Below are positions 10,773-24,155 of a stretch of 64,000 nt of DNA, in pieces. The notes beneath the pieces are model-generated. The model did not search any database, was not told the origin of the DNA, and saw only the letters and a program-made list of their open reading frames with translations. The stretch comes from Octopus sinensis. Taxonomy: Eukaryota. The DNA lies in contig NC_043015.1 of assembly GCF_006345805.1 (NCBI RefSeq), positions 9,114,001-9,178,000 of the forward strand, in the 5' to 3' direction. The stretch's first letter is position 1; the number at the start of each line of letters is the position of its first letter. The translations under genes were made by a program, and so were the position numbers.

Positions 10773-13667
10773 ATATGTATTCATTTACTTATGTTTTTGT
10801 CTATTTCATTCGTTTATTTGTCTCACACATATGTTTGCAATCAATTAATAGATAGGTATAACTGAATATTAATAATCTGATGTTTGTCGATTGCTTATGC
10901 TCTACATTTTCTTATTTGCCTTATAAATCCTGGGTAAATTTCTGATTTCCCCCAACCATAGCTACTATTCAAATGCGATAGTGCCCAGTAGTATGTTATA
11001 TATTTAATATCCCTTACAGGGTTACTTAACCTGTGCCTTCCACACACACACACACACATACACACACGCGCACATACACACACAGACATATATATATATA
11101 TAAATAAACACATATACATATATATACATACACCAACACACGTATTGTGTCACACTGCTAATTCGCAGAATTGTTTAGAGTATTAATACATATTACAAAG
11201 GAATTTGACTAATGTAATATAATGACGATCTACTTAGAATGATAGCCGTATATATTTTGTGCTTTACTCAATGCACCTTCGTTGAAGTATAGAGAGCAAT
11301 GACATATCGGTATACATGATTCAAATTAAGAGCATTTCAATTATCCAATGATTACAAGCAAATATGTATTCTATTACATGCTAATTAAGACTATTTCATA
11401 GAGAACCTTTTGAAAAAAATCATATTGATATATTGTAGCGACACCTCATTATATATTGAAATGGAGTTCACGAAATATGTAAATGTTCAATGAAATTTGA
11501 TTTCTGTCAAAGAAAATCACGAGATGCTATCGATGCTGTGAATTCTATTGTTAGTTTTTCAATCATACTTCTGACGAATATGATACCTATTTGAAAATTT
11601 CGCTTTCATTATTTTACTGAAAGTCAAGCATCATAGACAAATCTTTCTAGCAATTCCGTAAAAATGGTGCCATGTGATATTTTCGTACAACTGACACGCA
11701 CTTGTATGTTAGAATAGTTTTAAAAAGTACCTTACTTATGGCGGAATATTTTAGTAGTAAACAGTAACCTCCTATATTAATCTCTTGTGTATATGGTAGC
11801 TGCAATTCCAAATTACCAATGCAAATGCAGATGAACATTGTTTTTAACAAAATCTTATCCTTCATTTTATTGATTGTCAGAAACGGGGACCTGGAGTGTT
11901 TATCATTGGTGATTTATTCCACTGTTGTCATTTTATTGGATGACGCAGAGAAAACATGGATACCAAACGAATATTAGTGGTACACTTGACGGATTCTTTA
12001 TAAATTCCTTACTGGGCTAAGACAGTTGAAAGTCCAATGTAGAATAAGACTAATTTCACGGAGAAAAATTGTTGACTTCAGAAATATGATGTGATATGAG
12101 GTTTAAGTGTAGTTTAAAAGAAACACTTTGCAGAAGGAGAGGGTGATTTTTCAAGGACTAAGTGCTAGTATTATGAACAAGAGGCAGAGCATTGTGTTAT
12201 GTTATTTGTTTGAAATACTGAATAACTATTTCTATTGAATAACTATTACATTTGCATAACGAACACTTTCTCTTTAAAAATGAGAAATGGCTATGTGAGA
12301 TGCCAATAATGGGATAAAACCTGGCCCGTTCATTTTATTATGATTGTGCAAGAGAAAACGAAAGTTTTTTTTTTAATTTTTAATAATATTAAGATAGATA
12401 TTGGATATCTATGTCACTTGTGGGTGGAATATTGAGATGATGCGCCTTATATTGAAATGAAAATTTAATTGAACATTTTCAACAAATCAGGACACATTTC
12501 ATTTCAGTGAGCAATTAAGTCAATGATATGCTCTGATGAGTATTTAACACAAATGATTTTATTGACAAATATCTCAGCAGTTTATCTTTAACAAATCTAT
12601 CTTAGTTACTGCTTCTAATTGAAGTTTTGATTTTTATGTAATAAGACAGAGATTTGAGAGGCCTGGATCTTAATGGATTATTAATACCTTTAGAATATTT
12701 TCCCTTGATCACAGTCATTTGTTGTCGTCCTTTAACAGGGGATTGCAATTAATTGCAGCTGCTGCAAGTTTTAATATAGATTTCACAACCAATTTATTAT
12801 TGCTTAGAGAATGTCTTGAACAAGACATTGTTTTGTCTCAGGCAGCACTATATAGTAAAATGTAGTGAGGAATGAGCAAAAGGTAGATGGAGTGGGCATT
12901 TCTTACGAATTCCTTACTGTAAAATTATAAGATACTTCAAAGATATACAAAGACGTTAATTGATTCCGGCTATTTTGATCATACCTGCATGTCAAAACAA
13001 TTGATATGAGACAAATCCAAAAAGGGAAATAAGAAATAGAAAGGTATAAGAAAATAGAATGCTTGGAAAGATGTAACAAAATTGTACAGATTGCAAGATA
13101 CATGTAAGAATCAAAAGGAAAATTGTGTTCAGAGCTAAATACGTATGGATGTAATGCTTAAGATCCCCTGTATTACTACTGTAAACAAACGTGTAGTGTA
13201 GACATTTAACTTAGATTTTTCCGTCAGGTATTTATTCAAGTAACAGGTGAGATCGACTGTTTCTGTTTTTCCGCTACAATCCTCATATTGTTTCTACAGG
13301 ACTTTGTACAACTTGTAAGTGAAAAGTAACTGAGAAATACTGGTATACAAAATAGATTTGCTCTGTGTATCGAATAAACAGCACAACGATAATTCCATAG
13401 ACATTTCTCTTCTATGTAACAATTTACCAGGTATAAGATATACTTAGATATATATGTAAAAGTATGCTTAGAAGTTCATATTGGATGATAATGTTAACAG
13501 CTGAGTCAAATAAACGCTATTGAATTCATGCAATACTGCATACATAAATACATACATGCAAACGTATGTATGCTTGTTTGTATGCACGCATACATGAGGG
13601 TACATGTGTAATTGCTCATGATAGCGGCAAACCGCACGTATACCGTATACACAAACACACACAGACA

Positions 13668-13668
13668 C

Positions 13669-13711
<43 letters not shown>

Positions 13712-13831
13712 CACAAATAAGGGTGAAAAATTGGATATTAATTTAATAATACCATCAATTTAACACCAAGTGGTTTAGCGCATAAAAACCAGGGATACAA
13801 TAAAAAATTTATATACAAATATATATTTGTG

Positions 13832-13908
<77 letters not shown>

Positions 13909-13922
13909 TATATATATATATA

Positions 13923-13953
<31 letters not shown>

Positions 13954-13975
13954 AACATACATATATCTATATATA
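13668..13975. repeat. (TA)n microsatellite tracts
   Basis: Read directly from the sequence. Confidence 0.9.
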
Positions 13976-14513
13976 TAAAATACAGGATATGTCTCTGCTG
14001 TGTGTTTGTCGTGTTGTTAAAACCACCCAATTGATTTTATTGAACCTTTGCTTATGCATTACATAGCGTCCATGGAGTGTCATGGAGCAATACAATTTTC
14101 AAAGTCGTGCTTAATGCGGGTCCAGGAGGAGGTAAACTGCATTGCTAAATCATTTCCGTAGCTTTAAGGGCCGTAGTTTGAAGAGTATCGAGTTGCTTTT
14201 CTCCAAATTTGCGACAACATTAATCATTGACTAAAAAATCATTCCGACAGTAATTATGAGCTCCCCCAAAATGCAGATGAATCAGATTTGATTATACTGC
14301 GCTACGGTTTACTTTTTGTTTTAGGCCATTTTGCGATGACGAAATATTGTCACTATTTACGCTTTATAAATAACGTATAATATATCATGAAAATATTTCT
14401 GTCCAGCTTGGCAGAGGAAATGAGTAGAGCACCAGACTTATTGTCTGCGCCCTGTTGAAGCTTTATGCCATCATCTCACGCGCACGAAACTGCCACAACA
14501 GTGTGATTTAAAA

Positions 14514-14699
14514 GCAAGGTAAATCACAAGAAAACAAATTTGTGAATTAATGAAGACTTACCTTGTGTTCAATATGTCGGTGTTATGAGCCAAGTTGCAA
14601 GAAATTGAGGAATGTTGCCGACTTGCGCAGAAGTAACCATATATATACAAGGTTAGCCTGCATTAAATAACATATTTGTTTACTTGTGATTTACCTTGC
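14514..14699. repeat. MITE-like cassette with 26-bp terminal inverted repeats (25/26 match)
   Basis: gcaaggtaaatcacaagaaaacaaat (14514-14539) versus atttgtttacttgtgatttaccttgc (14674-14699). Confidence 0.7.
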
Positions 14700-14732
14700 A
14701 TTCACTTTGCATCCTTTTGGCCTTATCCACGG

Positions 14733-14763
<31 letters not shown>

Positions 14764-14794
14764 TATATATATACACACATATGAATATATATAC

Positions 14795-14852
<58 letters not shown>

Positions 14853-14960
14853 ATATATATACATATATATATATGTATATATATGCATATATGCATACAT
14901 ACACACATGTATATATATATATATCTGTATATATGCATGTTTGTATGTATGTACATATAA
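14733..14960. repeat. (TA)n/(TACA)n microsatellite
   Basis: Read directly from the sequence. Confidence 0.9.
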
Positions 14961-15662
14961 CGTTTATGTGTTGGAACACTCGACATTTACATTTCGATTG
15001 AGATGAACATTGAGAAACATCTGTACTTTTGCTAATGGATTTCTAGAAAATACAACCTCATTTAGGGACTCAAGTATTCAATGACCATGAAATTAGTATT
15101 CTAAGATCGTAATGCAAAAGAAATGTTTCGTGCGAATGCAGAGAAAATTAAATATTTTTTACACAAAATTTTGCAGAAATATTTTACATTTATTGCAAAT
15201 GTACTTTTACAATGCAAGTACAACTTACAGGCAGAATGGAAGAGATCACGTTTTCTCGGTCGGGGTAATACACTTTCAACTCGTAGGAAGTAGCTTTCCA
15301 AGAAAAAAAGAAGTAAAAATTAGATGAACATATGTCTTTTTTCTTGAAAAATTATGCAAATTTTGCACAATAACAAAACTAACATACAAGAAAAGATAAG
15401 TTATTACTCTGCAACTTATTGTGTTTTAAATCCTATTAGGATATTTACGCTCTGGAATGTCTAAACGTAAAGGACTAGTACATAAAGCAAGTTTATGTAT
15501 GTTGCCTTGTATGTATGTGTGTATGTATTTAAGTATGCATGCTTATATACCACACACACGTCCTTAAGTATATATATATATATAATATATATATATATAT
15601 ATACATATATCCATATATACTTACAGACACACGGACACACACACACACGCGCTTACACACAC

Positions 15663-15706
<44 letters not shown>

Positions 15707-16162
15707 TATATATATATACATATATTTATAAATATGTGCGGAGTCTTCATAGTGCAATTCTACATCATTTTTTTTGTGATATTTTTAATCGTAATACTGC
15801 AGCAGTGAAGAGATTTGCTTCTATCTGTCGGTTATCATTAACGCATGCGAAAATATGTGTGAGCATGCGTGCGCGTGTGTGGATGTGTGTTTTGAGTCTG
15901 AGACTGTACTTTTTTAAATACTGTGATCTTTTATGAACGTAGCAGCGATTAAGGTCAATAATAAAGAAATATATTTGCACATATATGCGCCTCATAATTA
16001 CACAAACACACATAAATACACACACACACACACACAAATACACACACACACACACGCACACACAAGCACCTATGAATGTTATCCTATATTTTCAATGCTG
16101 TGTCTTTGAAACAATAGCTGAAGATTTAAATGCAAAACTGATTAGACTCAAAACATTCACTC

Positions 16163-16250
16163 ATATTATCTTTTAATTGGTTAAATCAATCTTATATTAT
16201 CTTTTGATTGGTTAAATGAATATTATATTATCTTTTAATTGGCTAAACGA
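16163..16250. promoter_or_regulatory. Three tandem 31-bp units, each with an inverted CCAAT box, upstream of the transposase ATG
   Basis: ATTGG at 16176, 16207 and 16238 within the unit atattatcttttaattggttaaa...; ATG at 16306. Confidence 0.45.
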
Positions 16251-16305
16251 AGTTTTGCTCCTTTCAGATATTCACAAGATTTCAACGTTGAAGACTAGAG
16301 GTCAG

Positions 16306-18663
16306 ATGCCATCCTACTTGAACTTGTTAATCGATACAGGGAAAAGGCGTCCTGTATCAGATCTTCCAACAGTATGAGACACTTTAAAACTCGGGTTACT
16401 ATTTCGGGAACAAAATTCCAAGGACAGAAAGAACTACACGGATATGCATCTCAGATATGATATAATAACCCAACGTCTACGCCAGTGGACAAAAGCTAAT
16501 GCACAATTTAAACCGCCAGTACAATTGAGTTAAAGCTAAACTGATTGTGAGAGAAAGCAATACACAAATCACTTGGTAAAGGAAATTTAGCAATGGAAAA
16601 ATGCTTTTCTTCACTCATTTGATACACTAATCGATATTTTTAGCCGCAAGTATTCCATAATCTTGTGTTCAAAAGAGGATCCTTCTCCTACTGGTAAGAG
16701 AGGAAATCATTCCCACATTGACCGTTTTTGCCCTCGTGGAAAAATTGATATCTTTTCTAGAGCTCGATTTCATACGCTCACAGAGGACAAATGCAGACGG
16801 TCAATGCAGTATGATTATAACTGAACTGATTATAACGAAAGTAAGAGACAGATTTCTATTGTTAAAAAACAAGGCCTCGTCAGAGAAATGGAAAAAAAGA
16901 AGAGAATGAAGAGCAAAATAATGCAAAGATAAGAACAGCACTTCCATTATGTTTATCAGTTGTTTGATAGATAGTTCGTCTGAAGAAAATGAAGTAATGT
17001 CAGGTGAGAATTCTAAAGAATCTTCTGAAGCCATATCAAAGGGTGGAAAATACAATACAAGAGACATTTCAATTATTGCATTAGCTAGTATTCGTCACCG
17101 TGCTACAGTCCGTGATGCTGCTGAAATTGAAACTGCCACTTGGACAGATGCAGGCCTCATCAGTCAAGAAGATTTTTCGTTGGTTATATGTCAAATTACA
17201 CTTAGAAGAGCGCAAGAAACGTAATGAGTGAGACATCTTATCAAGGATAAAAAGAAGAAAACGTATCAACAGGAGGACTCCCCTGTTTATTTTATTTTTT
17301 CTAATTTATTTTTGTTCAATGGAAGAATAGATGAAAGCAATGTTGTTGTTTCATCTAAAGAAGAGCACTACGCTGTCTAATCGGAGCCTGCTGGTCAGTT
17401 TTTTGTTTCATATTACACCTGAAGTTGAGGTGGAAGTGACAAAAGATATGCAGATGTATTTGCTGATAATATTTTAAGCTGGCTTCAAAAGGGAATGCTT
17501 GAACGTTCAGTGAAGACTATCGGTAGAGATTCACCAGCAGTGACGCCTGGCTGGTAGGGAAGTATAATGAGGTATTTGGGGACAAATCTTGAAATAAGAA
17601 ATAGTTGGAATGCATACAGGGGACGTAGCCCTTCATCACTTCATCCAGGAAATTGATGGTGCTACAAAAAACAATAATAAGTGGTCATGTCCTCTTGGAA
17701 ATATGTTGGATGAAGTAACACAAGTTGAAATAAATGCAAACTTTCCAAAGATTGAAATAATCCCTCCCATTCCAGTGTTACGAGAAGAAATTGTCAAAGA
17801 CCTCAGCATAGATCTGTCCTATGCTTATAACATTGCTCAAACAATAAGATCAGATGAAGTACTTCAGTCATTGGCTCCGATGGAAATTGGACCTGTTAGT
17901 TACAGCCGTTGTTTAACTACAGCTCTGCCTTTATGCAGGCTTTAGAAGGGAAAAACTCTGAAGGAATTGAAGGGAAAGGGCCTGAAGAATGTGAGATTAA
18001 CTGTTGAATTTACACTTCGAGTCTATCTTCCGAACTGGGTAATTATTAAGCTCAATCCAAAATGGGTCGATGGTGTCATTTACCTTCTGTTTCAATTGCA
18101 GTTTGTAAAAGCACAAAATAAGTTGCTGAAGGACATCGTATTATATGTGGAGAGGAAGTCCGCATAGTGTGATCGGTCAGAAGCAGTATTGCAAGCAATG
18201 CTTTCAAGCCAAACTTCAAATCTTCATGCTGAGCCTATAGAAATCATTCTAAGTCTTACAGTACAACATTTGATGATGACCAGTTGGGAAACTGGACATT
18301 TAGTAAAAACAGTTGCCCAATTAAATGTCAATGACACCAAGCTGTCTGTGTTGGTTGAATTGAGTTCTGAAGCCTTCGAACCACCGTTGACAACATATTT
18401 AACTAGTAAGAATCTCAACAGTTTTGAAGACACACCAGTGATAATAACAAAATGGCCATCACACAATAAGTGTTGAGAGGTGTGTTAAAATGGTAACTGA
18501 AGCCGCGAGTCATGTTCATAATCCCGACAAGCGCGAGGGTTACATCAAAGTGCAAACAGTCAGCCGTCAACTGATAAAAACAAACAACAGCAAGAATGAT
18601 GCGAAGGCATTGACTACTTTCAAATACTACACTGGAATGTGTTATAGTATATATGAAACTTGA
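16306..18663 (+). pseudogene. Decayed DNA transposase, hAT-like (divergent subgroup, not assigned)
   Basis: Colinear fragments: SDLPTV*DTL; ELDFIRSQRT (cf. FLxDQR); IGRDSPAVTPG (cf. DxTxxNTG); MHTGDVALHHFIQEIDGAT (cf. LHxNELPLRH..LDGxT); DLSIDLSY; SRCLTTA (cf. RWLTTA); VYLPNWVIIK; FEPPLT; WPSHNKC (cf. PxHxQxVER). Many stops and frameshifts. Confidence 0.75.
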
Positions 18664-19109
18664 AACAGAAATATGCTGGTGGAAACCAATTATGTTCAAA
18701 ATTCTCAAAGCATATAAAATCCAATGTCATATTGACGTAGTTAAGAGTTATTCAAAATTGTTTTTCTTTCTTGAATTGTGTTTATATGCTAAAACGCAAC
18801 AATAATTACTACCAAAATTAAGAATTATGAAATTTTCCTATTTATTCTCCGAAATTGACATTATATGTGCGTCCATACGCCATCCATACAAAATTTCTAT
18901 AACCATTATCACTTTGAGTACATAAAATCAGACTATATATGAACTATGTGTAACACTGTGGGATGTCGTATGATAGACGTATGTGTGAATGTGTATGCGC
19001 AACTTTATGTATGTGCGTATATGTGATTCGGAGTCCTCCGTCATTCATTAATCACATACCAAACTACCCAGGCAAACTATCAGGCGTATACCCTGCGATT
19101 TTTGAACAA

Positions 19110-19129
19110 TCTCTCTCTCTCTCCCCCCC

Positions 19130-19205
<76 letters not shown>
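19110..19205. repeat. (CT)n/(TA)n microsatellite
   Basis: Read directly from the sequence. Confidence 0.9.
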
Positions 19206-19206
<1 letters not shown>

Positions 19207-19307
19207 ATTAATCTTATTTTATCGCAATTTGACTTATTTATATATATATATATATCAAGAACAATCTTACTTAGAAATGGATGCGTGCGTTCCCTCATAT
19301 AATATAT

Positions 19308-19789
19308 TAATAAATAAAACATATGCATATATATATATATATACATATATGTACGTACCTACCTCTACATGTATATATACACGCATATATGGGTACAGGA
19401 CACCAAAAAAACATCGAACACAATGAGAAACGAACATCAACACAAAACCAAGGAAGCCCCTCTGCAAAAAGTTCTCAAATTTTATTTGATTTGCTTTTCG
19501 CAGGAAGGAAAGTTTCTATCGAGGATGCGTATCACCTTCACCTTCGAAACGCAGAGTACATGAAACCATGGCGACTGAAGAAGGGGAATTTTCCTCGTGT
19601 TATTTGTCCTGTACTCTATTCTTTCGTTGTTTAAGAAAAATGTCCAGTTCCTTGGTTTTGTGTTTATGTTCGTTTCTCATTGTGTTCGACTTTTTTTTTT
19701 GGTGTCCTGTACCCATATATGCGTGTGTATATACATGTAGAGGTAGGTACGTACATATATGTATATATATATGCATATGTTTTATTTAT

Positions 19790-19791
<2 letters not shown>
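19308..19791. mobile_element. Inverted repeat (~145-bp arms, 19308-19455 and 19648-19791) with a degenerate hammerhead-like motif in the spacer; Penelope-like
   Basis: The arms are near reverse complements. The spacer has CTGAAGA-A-GGGGAA-TT-TTCCTC (19575-19596), but GAAA is replaced by GTGT. Confidence 0.65.
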
Positions 19792-19866
<75 letters not shown>

Positions 19867-20208
19867 GTATGTATATGTGTACATATATCCCTCTTTGCAA
19901 CAATTTCTATTTGTATCCTCGGTAATATACATGCAGATTTGGCTTTCAGCGAAATTTGTGGTGATGTAATGAGTGTAACACGTTGTAGAATGAAAGATTA
20001 TTGGAGGTACATATGCATTTGCACACAAGCCTCTTCATGCTAGTAAACTGATTTAAACCCTTTTGCAAATTGATATGCATATGAACATCTCGCCAACTTC
20101 ACTCCTTCTACCTTCATCCTATTCATTCTATTCCCATAACCTATGGAAACAAATTTACATAAATTCACTCGCTAGCACACGCACGCACACACACACACAC
20201 ACATACAG

Positions 20209-20241
<33 letters not shown>

Positions 20242-20252
20242 TGTATGGATAT

Positions 20253-20545
20253 AAACAATTGCTGCGTGGAAGGTGTTTAGAAGCCATTTAAGAAACACAC
20301 AAAAACTGTTACATTCACTTCAACATTTGGCAAATTGAATTTACCAAAATATTTTGGTCGCTTTGAGACCGCGACCTGTTCACTGACGAAATTCCGTGTA
20401 GCACGGAATTTCGTCAGTGAACAGGTCGAAGTCTCAAAGCGACGAAAATGCTTTGGAAAATTAAACTTACATGTTCAAGTGAATCTAACGGTTTTTGAGT
20501 GTTTCTTAAATGGCTTATAAACACATTCCACGTTGCAAGTGTTTT
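20253..20545. mobile_element. Palindromic MITE/foldback element of about 290 bp
   Basis: Perfect 27-bp arms around a TAG loop (20372-20428), with imperfect pairing continuing out to 20253 and 20545. Confidence 0.85.
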
Positions 20546-21928
20546 CGTTCCCGCACATGATTTAAGATCATGTCACTTGGTATGCAATACATCTCCGTAA
20601 TATATGCGTGTGTGTTTCTGTGTGTGTGCGTGTGTGTTTTATTTACATGTATATTTATATATACATTTATGTATACACATATACACACGCACTCACAAAC
20701 GTATTTACAATATATGCAAGCGTGTTTCGAGAATGCTGTTTCTTACTTCTTCGTATTTTAAAGAAATAAAATTGAGAGATTTTAAATCGAACATTTGAAT
20801 TATATTTTATTATAATTTCTAAGTTTTTATATCACTAACACAATTGTTGTAATACCCTACTTCCGCACATAAGAATAGTCCTAAATTAAGCACAGCTGTA
20901 AAACATGTAACAAATATTTATAAACACTGCACAAAAAGCGCTTTCTAACTAAACCAAACAAGATAAAATCTTATATATTAAATAAATGAAAATAAACTAC
21001 AGATATACTCACTGAGTGACAAATATAACATGTATCCATACAATTTCTTTCGTATCAACACCAATTCATGCTATGCTTGTAACCTCCACATTCCAAATAT
21101 AGAGGTGATATCCTATGTAACATCTGCAAAAACTGAAGACAATTACTGACCAGTTGAAACATGCCACCTACTTGTATACTTTAGGGGAATTCTTAAAAAT
21201 CCCATTACGAAAAATGTTCACGCACCCATAAACTAACCTTTTAAATGCTAGACTGAAATTTGAACTTTGACCTTTACATTTTGCAAGCGATGGATGAAAT
21301 CGAACTAATATATAACGAAAGCTAATGTCACATATGCTGAACAAACAACAGTCTCTACCTCCTTCTTTCTCCCCTCTCTCCACTTCACTCTATTCTATAT
21401 GTCAATCACTAAAGGCCCTGATCTAAAATTAACACAAGTGTACACTCTTCTTCATGGCAAGTTTTGCATGCCAGAATCAATTCAAAAGCTAAATAACACG
21501 AAATTTAATAAATATAATTTGTCCGCAATGCTCCATCACAATCTACCGCAGAAACTAATCACCATTCAAAAGACCCCCATTACAAGACTGAAAATTTTAT
21601 CTCGACAGCTACTATATAAAATCACAAAATCATCCATAACTTTTGTATTATCCTCTCAAATTACACCCAACTCTCAGGCAATAACAATTGTGTTTATTGT
21701 CTGTGAAAATTATAGAATATAAAACAACTTTACTAAAAACTTATACCTACTTTTTAGACGAAGATAATGCCATTCTGAACATTTTGGCCGCAACTGTAAA
21801 TTGAAGATTTCTCTTGAATGAAACAGTACTAGTCCTGTAGAAGCTCCTTCTATATAATAAATTAATTTTACTCTGCTATGTATTGAGTACCTTACTTACT
21901 GTGGTTAACCCCGAATCAACCCGGGACC

Positions 21929-21929
<1 letters not shown>

Positions 21930-21974
<45 letters not shown>

Positions 21975-22079
21975 TACGCACACAGAGACATATATATGTA
22001 TATGCGTACGTGTGAGTGTGATAATGTGTGAGCGTATGGATGCATGTATATCTATATATATCTATATATATATATACAT

Positions 22080-22127
<48 letters not shown>

Positions 22128-22132
22128 TATAT

Positions 22133-22190
<58 letters not shown>
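21930..22190. repeat. (TA)n-rich microsatellite
   Basis: Read directly from the sequence. Confidence 0.9.
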
Positions 22191-22869
22191 TGTTCAAATT
22201 CATATAAAAAGAAAATACGAAGACAGTTGTAGGAACATCAAACAATTGTATCACTTTAACGCAAGAGACAAATGGAAATTTTTTTTTTTTTTTGTTTCCA
22301 GCCTAAGCACATCGGCGGAAAGTAATAAGAGAGGCAATGAATAAACGAATTGTGATCAACCGTCCAACATGATATATAAATGCACACAGACCGACGTACA
22401 CATGCACATACATATGTATACATGCATACAATTTGTTTGCATAAATATATATACATGTAAATATATATATATATGTGCGTGTGCACGTGTATGTACGTAT
22501 GTATGTATATTTGATTAATATCTGTTATAAATTATATTTTCATCTTTAGTGACAACCGTATTTTACAGTACCAGACATGTTTAGAAATATATATATCTTG
22601 CCACGGCATTCCGCAATTATTAATTTCGTTCCAACTTTCTGGAAAGTATTCTAATTCGTTTTTATATATGAGAAAGATTTATTCCATATCTCCCGTTTAG
22701 CTTCTCACCATGGATATATCTCCCGAGTTTACAAAAGCTTGTATTAATGTACAGTATGAATGAGAATGCAGGTGTATGTGTTCGTGTTTGTATATATACG
22801 TATATATGTTGGAGAGGCTTCTCATTCCTGCCGGCAAAATGCAGTCATAGTGTCTTAATCGGCTTGGGG

Positions 22870-22975
22870 ATGTAGTAGAAGATACTTGGCAAAGAGGTCG
22901 CGCAGCCGGACTGAGACGGGAGACAATTTGGTTGAAAAACAACCCTCTTGCAACACAATCTCGCCTGTGTTTCTC
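22870..22975 (-). mobile_element. SINE family A head, highly diverged
   Basis: gtagaagatacttggcaaagaggtcgcgcagccggactga...tggttg aligns to the family A head. Confidence 0.55.
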
Positions 22976-23867
22976 CAGTTTATTTAATGTGAATTAACTA
23001 ATGTAGATTTACTCAGCCGAATATTTTATAGATTCTTTCATAGCCTGTTCACTACACTATGGGCAATTATAATGTTTTATATGATATACGAGGCACCACT
23101 CTCATTATCTAACCGAATATAAACTTAAGTATTTATAAATATACCAGGAAGTCGAAAATAGATTTCATAAAATAAACAAAGATACATGTTCGTAAATTAC
23201 AGGTATACTATATTTGAACAAAGTATTCCTATATTTATATTTTATTTTTCAATCAACTCTTGATAATATATTTTCGATGTTACTGATGAGATATGCTATA
23301 TTGTTTGTAAAAGTGTGTGATATCATATATATATAGTTTAGTGTTACATCACTAGTTATTATGACGATATCTCAAGTATACCAATCCTTATTTTTTACCT
23401 TCAGAATTATTAACCCATATAACCATTTAAAAAAGAAAGTGTCTTTCCTAAAACCGTTCTATACGTATTAAACATGTCCTTCTGTAACGCTAAGTTAAAC
23501 GTAATTGTTAAATATAAGTTTTGATCAAATAAATCAATAATATTTCTCATAAAACTAATTCAAAAACATATTTGCATTTCCCTCTCCCATCAATATTTAT
23601 TTCTTTATGTTTTTATATACAAAGATATTCCGCATTATGCTTTCTTTTAAAAAATACCACAGCTCCTGAGCATAGTGAAATAATTTCTTTTGTCAATTGA
23701 TTTCAAGAAATTTTCACCAAGTAACATTTCTCTGTTGTTTTCAATTACTGACATTTCTGTGAAATCATATATTATTTTTTGTTGTTTCGTATAGTTGTTG
23801 AGATTGTTGTTATTGTTTTTGTATGTCGCTGGTGATGGTGTTATACACATTTTTATAGCGTTCTTCC

Positions 23868-23909
23868 ACTTCTTCTACTTCTTCTTCTTCTTCTTCTTCT
23901 TCTTTTCTT

Positions 23910-23978
<69 letters not shown>

Positions 23979-24155
23979 TATTATTATTATTATATTATTA
24001 TTATTACTATTATTATTATATTATTATTATTATATTATTATTATTATATTATTATATTATTATTATTATTATTATTACTGGCACTATTACCACTACTACT
24101 ATTATATTATTGTTATTATTATTATTATTATATTATTAGTATTATTATTATTATT
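23868..24155. repeat. (TTC)n followed by degenerate (TTA)n microsatellite
   Basis: Read directly; the source of the poly-F/S/Y/L ORF. Confidence 0.95.

Noticed and set aside
18954-18960. CACTGTG as a Transib/RSS-like terminus of the transposase fossil
   Set aside because: No matching CACAGTG upstream, and the protein motifs are hAT-like rather than Transib.
23283-23312. CTGATGA followed by a small hairpin
   Set aside because: GAAA and stems I and III are absent; a chance match is likely.
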